A DNA stretch of 51,378 bases, from positions 1-51,378 of the forward strand of contig JAVBPN010000019.1 in assembly GCA_031549585.1 (NCBI GenBank), given 5' to 3'. This DNA is from Bacteroidales bacterium. GTDB taxonomy: Bacteria > Bacteroidota > Bacteroidia > Bacteroidales > UBA4181. Shown here one piece after another: positions 1 to 7,842 of the stretch (position 1 is the stretch's first letter; every line of letters starts with the position of its first letter). Both the position numbers and the translations under genes were made by a program. Below the pieces are notes generated by a model that was not told the origin of the DNA, made no database searches, and was given only the letters and a program-made list of their open reading frames with translations.

Positions 1-1
1 G

Positions 2-883
2 AACACATTATATAAACAGGGTTTAGCAATCCTTACAGCGTTATTATTGATATGCGGCGTATCCACCGCCCAGAATGTCAAATTCGGAATCAAGGGAGGG
101 TTAAACCTTCCTAATATTACAGCCGGGGGCACTAACACGCCTGTAAGCGAAGGCTATAAATCGCGTTTGGCAGCAGGCGTAGGATTGTTCACCGAACTAA
201 AATTGACCCAATCATGGTCTTTCCGTTTTGGAGTGGAGTATAGCGGACAAGGAGGCCAAAAAAATGGTATGCAGGCTATGCCTACGAAACGATTGCTTAC
301 AGGAGCAGCTTCATCCATGGGTACGTCGATGACCGATGAGCAAATTGCCGAATTAACGCATTTGGCTGATGTTGTGCCTAAATATTATTATGCGAATGTG
401 GACAATACCACTAAATTCGATTATGTGATGATACCTCTTCTTGCCCAATATTCTTGGCATTTAGGACAATCTCCTTGGAGTGTTTATGTGAATGCAGGAC
501 CTTTTGTTTCATTCTTGGTATCGGGAAAGTTGGTATCAGATGGGTCAAGTTACCTGTATTCAGATGCTTCGGGACAAACGCTTTTGTGGGATACATTTTC
601 TTCAACTGATCAAGCTGATATTACAAGATTGTTCCCCGATATGGCCAGTACATTCCAAGACCCTCTTGATTTTGGAACGACAAATATTACAAGCGAAATG
701 AAATCGGCTAATTTTGGTATTATCGGAAATGTCGGATTATCTTACCAATGGGGATGTAATTTCTTTTTCATCGAAGCAGGTGGAAATTATGGGTTTGTTC
801 CTGTACAGCAAGATAGTAGTAATGGAACCAATAGGTTGGGCGCCGGATCGATTATGTTGGGATATGCCTTTTCATTTTTTTGA
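2..883 (+). CDS. outer-membrane beta-barrel protein (small porin-like/OmpA-type barrel), 5' end outside window
   Basis: The frame is open from the window edge, and the track's start at 47 is a TTG. Nt 2-70 translate to NTLYKQGLAILTALLLICGVSTA|QN, the h-region and cleavage site of a signal peptide whose Met lies upstream. Alternating Gly/aromatic strand pattern (GIKGGLNL, FRFGVEY, GIIGNVGLSYQW, FFIEAGGNYGF) and a C-terminal ...GYAFSFF fit an OM barrel. Confidence 0.6.
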   Translation, partial: NTLYKQGLAILTALLLICGVSTAQNVKFGIKGGLNLPNITAGGTNTPVSEGYKSRLAAGVGLFTELKLTQSWSFRFGVEYSGQGGQKNGMQAMPTKRLLTGAASSMGTSMTDEQIAELTHLADVVPKYYYANVDNTTKFDYVMIPLLAQYSWHLGQSPWSVYVNAGPFVSFLVSGKLVSDGSSYLYSDASGQTLLWDTFSSTDQADITRLFPDMASTFQDPLDFGTTNITSEMKSANFGIIGNVGLSYQWGCNFFFIEAGGNYGFVPVQQDSSNGTNRLGAGSIMLGYAFSFF

Positions 884-928
884 TAAACACCTATAGAGTA
901 CAAAACCTTTTTAAAAGTTAGGGAGTAA

Positions 929-968
929 TACAAAAGGCACATATAATTAATTATTTGTGCCTTTTGTA
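929..968. terminator. bidirectional stem-loop terminator between convergent genes
   Basis: A perfect 13-bp stem, tacaaaaggcaca (929-941) with tgtgccttttgta (956-968), encloses a 14-nt AT loop. The T-run sits in and after the 3' arm on both strands. It lies between the + gene ending at 883 and the - gene ending at 1141. Confidence 0.6.
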
Positions 969-1140
969 TTGTAAGTAAGAAGCCTATTTGTGTCGCATAT
1001 ATGAATGTATTGTTTTTGATGATAAACGAACCACTATGAAAAACATAGGTTTAATATTCAAAATTAAATAAACGGTGTTTCGTCCTTTTCCAAGGGATTT
1101 GTTTAGGAATGTTGTGCTACGAACGAATTTTTTTCTTCTT

Positions 1141-2154
1141 CTATCTGTTTCTTCTGTCTGTATTCTGGAATTCGTAGCGTCTCTTGTATCTGAAGAATCG
1201 TTCGCTTTGGCCAAATACAATATTTACCATCAGTTCGTGTGATCCGTATGAATATTTTCGAATATTGCCTAAAGTATAATCGAAGGCATAACCAAAATAG
1301 AATTGTTTGTAACGTGCTCCAAACAAAATACTAGTTCCTCCTGCAACGCCGCCTCCACCTGACCGATAGGACAATCCTCCCCAAAATGCATCATGGTAAT
1401 ATAAAGTAGCATTAAGGTCAATCTGTGTTGCTCCGTGTTCGTTAAATTTCAGTTGGGTGCTCGGCACTAAGCTGTAATCTTGGTTTAATTCGAAAACATA
1501 CCCTCCCAAAAGTGTATATAATCTATTAATTTGGTAATCACTACTATTGCGTCCGCCGAACATCAGAATAGATTGAAAAAGGTTGGAAATAGACAAACCT
1601 GCATAATAATCTTTGGTTGTATAATGCATCCCAAAAGCAGCGTCGGGCACAAAAGTATTCAAATCCGATGCATTAATAAAACGGTCTTCCGTTTCGGTTG
1701 TGATTTTATTCCGGTCGATCCTGAGTTGAAAAAAGCTCAGAGAAAGGCCAAAAGACAATTGTCCATAACGGTCTTCCAAGTGGTAAGCATAAGTTCCTTG
1801 CATACCTGTTGTCCGGATAGGTCCCCGGATATCATTAAACAAAGCAATGCCCAACCCTATATTTTCAGGTCCGCGTCTACCGGGACGAGATTTTCTGTTG
1901 CCAAATAATCCTTCACGAGGCACCCTCATCTGGCCAGTAAGCGTTTGGTTGCTGGGTGCATTGGCAAATCCGGTCCATTGATCTTTTATCACCAAACCGA
2001 TCGTGCTGTAATTATCAGCCCCACATGCAGCAGGATTGAGCAAAAACCGATTGAATAAATACTGGCTAAACGCTTGTGTCTGTTGTCCGTATGATTGCCG
2101 ACACAGCGCCATGAACAGGATCAGTAATAAAAATATGTATTTCTTTGTGTGCAT
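1141..2154 (-). CDS. PorP/SprF-family T9SS outer-membrane protein (partner of the adjacent type-B cargo)
   Basis: 337 aa with an ATG start and signal peptide ...RQSYG|QQTQ. N-terminal FSQYLFNRFLLNPAACG and C-terminal GSHELMVNIVF are the family signature, also seen in the two other copies in this window. It starts 6 nt after the stop of a type-B CTD gene. Confidence 0.85.
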   Translation of the reverse strand: MHTKKYIFLLLILFMALCRQSYGQQTQAFSQYLFNRFLLNPAACGADNYSTIGLVIKDQWTGFANAPSNQTLTGQMRVPREGLFGNRKSRPGRRGPENIGLGIALFNDIRGPIRTTGMQGTYAYHLEDRYGQLSFGLSLSFFQLRIDRNKITTETEDRFINASDLNTFVPDAAFGMHYTTKDYYAGLSISNLFQSILMFGGRNSSDYQINRLYTLLGGYVFELNQDYSLVPSTQLKFNEHGATQIDLNATLYYHDAFWGGLSYRSGGGGVAGGTSILFGARYKQFYFGYAFDYTLGNIRKYSYGSHELMVNIVFGQSERFFRYKRRYEFQNTDRRNR

Positions 2155-2160
2155 ATAACC

Positions 2161-3204
2161 CTACAAGATAATGGTTATGGTTCCCAATATCGGTTTACTT
2201 CCATCATTCAAATTAATGATATAATAATACGTTTCCATTGGAAGAACTCGACCTCTGCTGTCGCGTCCATCCCAAGGTTGTGGATATCCTCTGGCAGAAT
2301 TGAAAACTTTACGTCCCCATCTGTCATATACTTCGACGACCGCATTAGGGTAATCTCTAAGGACTTTGATTTCCCAAACGTCATTATCGCCGTCTCCATT
2401 TGGCGTAAAGGTATTAGGAATTCCTTTAACTATTGGATTATCTTCTGCGCAAGCTAAAATAATTATTGTATCGCTTACCGAACATCCATCAAGACTGGCT
2501 GTTACCCAATATATAGCACCACGGGTTATGTCGTGATTTGTGATATCAACATAAGGAGATGTTCCGGTTTCGCCAGTTGACCAACTGAAAGTAGTGCCTT
2601 GCGGATTCAGGTTATACCTGCTGGCATATAGCCTAAATTCAGGCACACAAATCATGGTATCTCTGCCAAGATTAATGGTTGGACGCGGTTGTGCTTTGAT
2701 TGTTACATAATTGCTTAACCGGCATCCATCCTTATCAAAAGTACGCAGTTCGTAGGTACCGGGTTTTTTGATATAGTTATTTTTAATCGACCTATCCACC
2801 CATTCATGGGCTAGGAAGTCTGATGCATTGAAAGATACTTGCACGCTATCCCCGATACACATTACATATGTGTCCTGTGTAAATTTTGCTTTTTGTCCAA
2901 CTACAGGAACATCCAAATATGCCCATTCACTGACACATTGCTCATACGGAGATTTCTCGCGTACACCTAATCTGTATGTCCCTGTGGTATTCCCCCATTG
3001 AACAATTACCTTTCCCTTAGGATCAGAGGAAATAATATTACCGCCCGATATCAAAGAATACTCAAATGTCGATGAACTCAATGTGTCGGCAGCATACAAA
3101 TGCCTGGTGCCAACACACCTCGGATCATCTTGAGCATAAATTCCCCTATTTGGCAAAAACCATAATGCCAATATAGAGATTAAGATATGGAGCTTTTTGA
3201 TCAA
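2161..3204 (-). CDS. small secreted Ig-like-repeat protein with T9SS type-B C-terminal sorting domain (gliding-motility-associated CTD)
   Basis: 347 aa. The C-terminus IPNTFTPNGDGDNDVWEI...VYDRWGRKVF...WDGRD..GRVLPMETYYYIINL matches the type-B CTD (TIGR04131-like). Signal peptide is ...NRGIYA|QDD. The start codon (3204-3202) is TTG and there is no nearby in-frame ATG. Confidence 0.85.
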   Translation of the reverse strand: MIKKLHILISILALWFLPNRGIYAQDDPRCVGTRHLYAADTLSSSTFEYSLISGGNIISSDPKGKVIVQWGNTTGTYRLGVREKSPYEQCVSEWAYLDVPVVGQKAKFTQDTYVMCIGDSVQVSFNASDFLAHEWVDRSIKNNYIKKPGTYELRTFDKDGCRLSNYVTIKAQPRPTINLGRDTMICVPEFRLYASRYNLNPQGTTFSWSTGETGTSPYVDITNHDITRGAIYWVTASLDGCSVSDTIIILACAEDNPIVKGIPNTFTPNGDGDNDVWEIKVLRDYPNAVVEVYDRWGRKVFNSARGYPQPWDGRDSRGRVLPMETYYYIINLNDGSKPILGTITIIL

Positions 3205-3242
3205 AGTGTTTTAAACTTTACTGTTACTTATTATTTCACAAC

Positions 3243-3274
3243 AAGGGATGTGCTTCGATGCGAAGCACTCCCTT
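3243..3274 (-). promoter_or_regulatory. intercistronic stem-loop between paralogue C and the type-B cargo gene
   Basis: aaggga(t)gtgcttcg-atg-cgaagcac-tccctt gives 6 + 8 bp with one bulge. It lies about 50 nt downstream of the paralogue C stop. No clean U-run follows on the minus strand, so it looks more like an attenuator or mRNA-stability element than a full terminator. A weaker second hairpin lies at 3277-3294. Confidence 0.45.
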
Positions 3275-3323
3275 TGTCGAAAATGATGTTTCGATGAAAA
3301 CAAATAATATCTATGCCAATTGA

Positions 3324-4253
3324 TTAGGGCAGGTTCTTAACATGCTCCAATTTTTGGGTTTTCGGTGTCGGCAAGAGGCTGACCAAATATCTTTCTTTCG
3401 GAATATCCTTTACTACATCTGCTATAGCACCGGGCCTGGCAGCTACCAAGGTTTGATCCAATGATTTGCGAGAAATACGGTCAGTCAAGCTGGTAATGCG
3501 TACATGGTATTCTCCTTGTGCGGCAGTGCCAAATCTTGCTGCCGGTATTACCAAATTAAATGTTCCGCCTTTACTGTTGTTGGTGGCCAAAGTTTCCGTA
3601 TATGCAACGGGCGCTCCGGCAGACCCTCCAAACGGCGTATAAGTAATGGTATATCCTACAATCCATTGACCATATCCACTTAGAGTAATAGGAATAGTCA
3701 CATTACCCATCGCGCCGGTCAAACAAGTGGCCATCACTGTATCTGCAGGCCATGCAAACGTAGGGCGATTTACAACTTGAATCTTATAAGTTGTGTCTGT
3801 TCCTGCACAACCCGGAGTCGTTGCGTTAATCATACTCCATTCATTTACCAGCAACTGTATAGTTTGCGATGTTGTTGGCATGATGGTATGAATTTCCTTC
3901 AAACCGATTGCTCCATTGGTATAATATCCAGTATGGCCTGCAATGGTAGATACCGTTGCAGCATTTGCTGTTCCATTAGCACCCGGAACATATATCGGCA
4001 ACGTAGGAGTGAATACCCATTGGAATTCAGACATAGCCATTTTACCGGCGGTAATCAGCGGAGCAATAGTAGGGTCGCCGGCTGTTCTATAGGCCATACG
4101 GCTACCCACTGTGACGGTATCAATACTTTCCCGTGTCCCAGAAGCGGAAAATTGGGTATAATCTCCCGGAAGGGATGGTTGTGCAAAAACGCCTGCTGAG
4201 CACAGCGTCATTGCCACTGCAAAAAATCCTGTTTTTAAAATATTTGTTTTCAT
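3324..4253 (-). CDS. secreted protein of unnamed family, paralogue C (no recognisable T9SS CTD)
   Basis: 309 aa with an ATG start and signal peptide ...SAGVFA|QPS. It shares DTVTVGS, FQW, the ..TPGCAG.. block and YHVRITSLTDRISRKS with the two upstream genes. Its extreme C-terminus differs (ends KNLP). Confidence 0.8.
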   Translation of the reverse strand: MKTNILKTGFFAVAMTLCSAGVFAQPSLPGDYTQFSASGTRESIDTVTVGSRMAYRTAGDPTIAPLITAGKMAMSEFQWVFTPTLPIYVPGANGTANAATVSTIAGHTGYYTNGAIGLKEIHTIMPTTSQTIQLLVNEWSMINATTPGCAGTDTTYKIQVVNRPTFAWPADTVMATCLTGAMGNVTIPITLSGYGQWIVGYTITYTPFGGSAGAPVAYTETLATNNSKGGTFNLVIPAARFGTAAQGEYHVRITSLTDRISRKSLDQTLVAARPGAIADVVKDIPKERYLVSLLPTPKTQKLEHVKNLP

Positions 4254-4286
4254 CTTATTTTGGTTTTATTTATTTCTCTTCTTAAG

Positions 4287-4321
4287 CCGCCGTCAAAATC
4301 ATACGCTTTTAACAGCGGCGG
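4287..4321 (-). promoter_or_regulatory. intercistronic GC-rich stem-loop between paralogues B and C
   Basis: ccgccg (4287-4292) pairs with cggcgg (4316-4321). Inner tcaaaa/ttttaa pairing has one G-U and a 3-nt bulge. It sits in the 88-nt B-C spacer. Confidence 0.4.
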
Positions 4322-4341
4322 ATTCGTTCATATTGAATGGA

Positions 4342-5235
4342 TTAAAAATTATTTGGCAAACGATAGATCGGGCCTGTTTCAACCGGTTTGATAATGCTAA
4401 AGGTGAACAAAGCTGATTGCCCTGTGCCCGTTGCTATATCCCCATTGACCAATACCGATGATTTACGTGAAATCCGGTCGGTAATTTGGGTAATGGTTAC
4501 CTCATATTTACCATAAGCATTAAATGCGATTGGGAATGTTCCTAATGTAGTTGACGACATGGTAAGAGCTACATTGGTCCCATTAAGTGTTGGTGCTGCA
4601 ACTCCATCCTTTGTAACTGTGTAATTTACCCATACTTTGGCATCAGGCTTTACAGCCGATGTAATAGCTACCGGAAAATTATAGGTTATAGTTGCTGTAA
4701 CTTGAGCTTGTGTTACACAAGTGTCTTTTTTGTAATCAAGAGGGCTTCCAACCTGCCTAAATGTAATAGACGGTTTTGCAATGATTTCTACCGGAATCTT
4801 TGTTTCGCTTCCGGGGCAACCGTTTGCCGGATTTTCCACCACTCTGATTGTATCTACTGCACCATAGGAATTTCCCCATGTAATGGAAATAATGGGCTGA
4901 TTGGTCGGCGTGCTTGGGGTTATACTGCCCAAAGCAGCACCTCCACTACGCCTGAAACCCCAATTGAACACTGATGTTACATTAGTGAAGTCAGTGGGAT
5001 TAGCCACATTAAATAATGGATTGGCTTCAGAACTGGGTAGTACAAAATATTTTATAACAGAACCAACTGTTACCGAGTCACGGGCTTCCTGAGGAAGATT
5101 TGGTCCACCTGTACTATTATACCCATGTTGATAATAAGTCTTGGAATCAATACTCACATTCGTAGTTTGTCCATATGCACCAACTGCTACAAAAAGCAGC
5201 AAAATGGCGGTACAATATTTTAAAATCTGTTTCAC
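4342..5235 (-). CDS. secreted protein of unnamed family, paralogue B (no recognisable T9SS CTD)
   Basis: 297 aa. The start codon (5235-5233) is GTG. Signal peptide is ...AVGAYG|QTT. It shares YYQHGYN, ARDSVTVGS, ISITWG..DTIRVVENPANGCPG, YEVTITQITDRISRKS and the terminal TGPIYRLPNNF with paralogue A. Confidence 0.8.
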   Translation of the reverse strand: MKQILKYCTAILLLFVAVGAYGQTTNVSIDSKTYYQHGYNSTGGPNLPQEARDSVTVGSVIKYFVLPSSEANPLFNVANPTDFTNVTSVFNWGFRRSGGAALGSITPSTPTNQPIISITWGNSYGAVDTIRVVENPANGCPGSETKIPVEIIAKPSITFRQVGSPLDYKKDTCVTQAQVTATITYNFPVAITSAVKPDAKVWVNYTVTKDGVAAPTLNGTNVALTMSSTTLGTFPIAFNAYGKYEVTITQITDRISRKSSVLVNGDIATGTGQSALFTFSIIKPVETGPIYRLPNNF

Positions 5236-5256
5236 TGTATTAGGTTTTAAGGTGGA

Positions 5257-6213
5257 TTAAAAATTGTTCGGTATATGATAAGTCGGGCCGGGTTTCGGTT
5301 GTGGCAATACCACATATTTAAATTCGTTTACACTAGCTGCTGTAGCTACAGTGCCTTCTATTCCGCATTTTCTTGATATGGGGTCAGTAATGGCCGTAAT
5401 TTTTATAATGTATGTACCATAATTATTAAATGTAATGGGCAACTTAGAGATATCTGCTACATTAACTTCTATAGGTGCTGATTCTGCATCACTGTCTTTT
5501 TGAATTGTATATTTTACTTTGATTCCTTTTTGTCCTGCCACTTCTGTTGTCAAAGTCAAAGGGAAATCAAATGATGGATACACATTGGAAACGCTATTCG
5601 GTAATGCCGGATTAAAAGCATAACAGTTTGAAACTTCGCGAGCGCTGTTATGTAAGCCAAATTGCACTGTCGACTTATTAATAACAGTAATCGGTATTTT
5701 TGATGCTACCCCAGGGCAAGCATTGGTAAGTGCTTGACCATTATATTCAGTAGGTGTTTCGATAATTCGTATAGTATCTGTCGATGGTTTGGCGCTTGCA
5801 GCAACCCACTTAATACTCACACGAGGCGAGGTGTTTCCATCTTTATTATTTGGATTGATGAATATGGCAGACGAGCCACTGGCTGGAACTGTCCATGTAA
5901 ACTTAGAAGTGGTTAAACTGGTTTGTGAAAAGTCGCCACCCGATGTTGATGCAATATAGGTTGCATTATATGTGGCATCGGGCATCACAAAATAAGGCAT
6001 GGTAGAACCCACCATCACCGAGTCCCGGTCTTCGCGTGGACTATCTATACTACTACCACCTTTATTATATCCGTGTTGGTATAAGAGCGTGTCGGTCACA
6101 TTAGTTCCCAGTCTCACGGAAATTGGAGGAGTCCCTTGAGCCAAAGCCTTTCCCGCACATAGCAACAACACTAATGCTATTATATTCCACTTCATGATGT
6201 ATTTCTGTACCAT
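5257..6213 (-). CDS. secreted protein of unnamed family, paralogue A (no recognisable T9SS CTD)
   Basis: 318 aa from the ATG at 6213, or 312 aa from the ATG at 6195 (MKWNIIAL...). Signal peptide is ...GKALA|QGT. Motifs are LYQHGYN, DRDSVMVGS, VSIKW..DTIRIIETP....ACPG, YIIKITAITDPISRKC and the terminal PGPTYHIPNNF. It lies 21 nt upstream of paralogue B. Confidence 0.8.
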   Translation of the reverse strand: MVQKYIMKWNIIALVLLLCAGKALAQGTPPISVRLGTNVTDTLLYQHGYNKGGSSIDSPREDRDSVMVGSTMPYFVMPDATYNATYIASTSGGDFSQTSLTTSKFTWTVPASGSSAIFINPNNKDGNTSPRVSIKWVAASAKPSTDTIRIIETPTEYNGQALTNACPGVASKIPITVINKSTVQFGLHNSAREVSNCYAFNPALPNSVSNVYPSFDFPLTLTTEVAGQKGIKVKYTIQKDSDAESAPIEVNVADISKLPITFNNYGTYIIKITAITDPISRKCGIEGTVATAASVNEFKYVVLPQPKPGPTYHIPNNF

Positions 6214-6230
6214 ATTATGTAATCTTAAAG

Positions 6231-6350
6231 ATTGTTTTATTTTTGTACTCAGTTATACGAAAAAGCAATCTTCAGGTTACAACGAAAAACAATTGTTTTA
6301 ACATAACATGCAAATAATAATAGGTTGAGTTACCTGGGTACGATTGTTTT
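6231..6350. promoter_or_regulatory. three direct copies of ATTGTTTT plus a 14-nt perfect palindrome in the operon's upstream region
   Basis: ATTGTTTT occurs at 6231-6238, 6292-6299 and 6343-6350. The middle copy is half of AAAACAATTGTTTT (6286-6299). A further direct repeat, gatttgt(t/c)c(t)aaaaaa, occurs at 6465-6480 and 6485-6499. Confidence 0.3.
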
Positions 6351-6508
6351 TCACGGCGAAGTGATTTATAAGATCTTTATTCGTAAGCTTTTATGTATAA
6401 TATCAAAATTTTACAAAAAAATCGTAACATATTGATCTTTCCAACATAAAAGGAAAAAATTCAGGATTTGTTCTAAAAAAATGAGATTTGTCCAAAAAAT
6501 AATGACAG

Positions 6509-7780
6509 TTATTTAAACCGATCACAGTGTGCCCATAAGCCTAACGCGGGATTGGACACAAAGAACACCTCTTCTCCACCAGGTAGTATATTTATTCCAT
6601 CGGTAAGTTTTTCCGGATTATATCGTTTCATCGTTTGATTTAGATCAGCATAACGAAAATATACGCTTTCAATTTCTTTTTGTGTCAGATGTCCCGGACA
6701 ATAAGTCACAGTAAAACGTCCTTCACTAGAGCCATGTATTAAATGTGCAGCAGCACTCAGGTTGTTTTTCAATTCGACCTTTTCCTTGACTGCATTAAGT
6801 ATTTTTGGCGTTCCTGCATACCCGTATTTACGGATCAGGCGGTCTATCTCTTTATCTTCTCCGAACTCTTTCAATCCGGGAGCCAGTACAATTAATTCCG
6901 CTCCGTCAGCCAAAGCCATACGTGTCCTGTAAATACTCTTATTTCCCAGCCAAGTACTTTTAAATTCACCGGGATCAAGCCAAACAACAGCTTTCTTGAT
7001 TGGCTTTTCTACCATTTGGAAATTCACCTCAAGTGACAGTTGGGAAGCCAACCGGAAACATTCAAAATCATCGCCGGCATAAAGTCCACGTATTTGCAAT
7101 TGCCCTTTTTCATCTTTTCCAACAACAGTTTGGATATACACAATGGGCAATGATTTGGTAAAACGTTCTGAAGCGTAATTCAAAATATTCCTCACAGGAG
7201 TTTCTGCCCGGCCCATAATGCGTTCCATGCCATACACCGCTCCCAAGAAGTGACTTTTGTTGATACCTTCTGCACCGCCTGTTCCAACGAAAATATTTTT
7301 GTTATAGTTTGCCATTCCGATTACTTCGTGAGGCACAACTTGTCCTACGGAAAGGATCAGGTCATATCTGCCTTCCACCAGCAATTTGTTCACTTGCGCC
7401 GGCCAGATATAATCGAGCTTTCCTTCTGACACTTGCTGTATATATTCTGAAGGAGTTGTACCAACGGTAATCACATCATTACGCCAATCGTGAATCCGGA
7501 AAAGATTTTTAGGCGTTTTCCCATACATTAGTCCGATTTCGGTTTCCGTCATTGGGGCATGTGTTCCCAAAGCAGGCAATACGTCTTTGAGTGCACTACC
7601 ATAATATTCCCAAGCTATCTCTGTAATGGGGCCTGCAAACGAATGAAACCGGGTATAATCCGGTGGAATAGCCAATACTTTTTTCCGAACTCCAAGTTTA
7701 TTGAATATTTCGGTCAATGCGCCTTTCAACTCCTCGTTGGAGAAAGCATAATTTTTCGATCCTTTTGAATAGTACAACAT
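6509..7780 (-). CDS. LarA-like (lactate racemase N-terminal domain / DUF2088) protein
   Basis: 423 aa with an ATG start and no signal peptide. Its length and blocks such as AIPPDYTRFHS, LPALGTHAPMT and GQVVPHEVIGMANYNKNIFVGTGG resemble what I recall of Bacteroidota 'lactate racemase domain-containing' proteins. This is recall-level only. Confidence 0.45.
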   Translation of the reverse strand: MLYYSKGSKNYAFSNEELKGALTEIFNKLGVRKKVLAIPPDYTRFHSFAGPITEIAWEYYGSALKDVLPALGTHAPMTETEIGLMYGKTPKNLFRIHDWRNDVITVGTTPSEYIQQVSEGKLDYIWPAQVNKLLVEGRYDLILSVGQVVPHEVIGMANYNKNIFVGTGGAEGINKSHFLGAVYGMERIMGRAETPVRNILNYASERFTKSLPIVYIQTVVGKDEKGQLQIRGLYAGDDFECFRLASQLSLEVNFQMVEKPIKKAVVWLDPGEFKSTWLGNKSIYRTRMALADGAELIVLAPGLKEFGEDKEIDRLIRKYGYAGTPKILNAVKEKVELKNNLSAAAHLIHGSSEGRFTVTYCPGHLTQKEIESVYFRYADLNQTMKRYNPEKLTDGINILPGGEEVFFVSNPALGLWAHCDRFK

Positions 7781-7842
7781 AATAGCTTGATTTTATTCAA
7801 TGTATCAATTCATACCTAATAATTTGTCACACAGACAAAATT

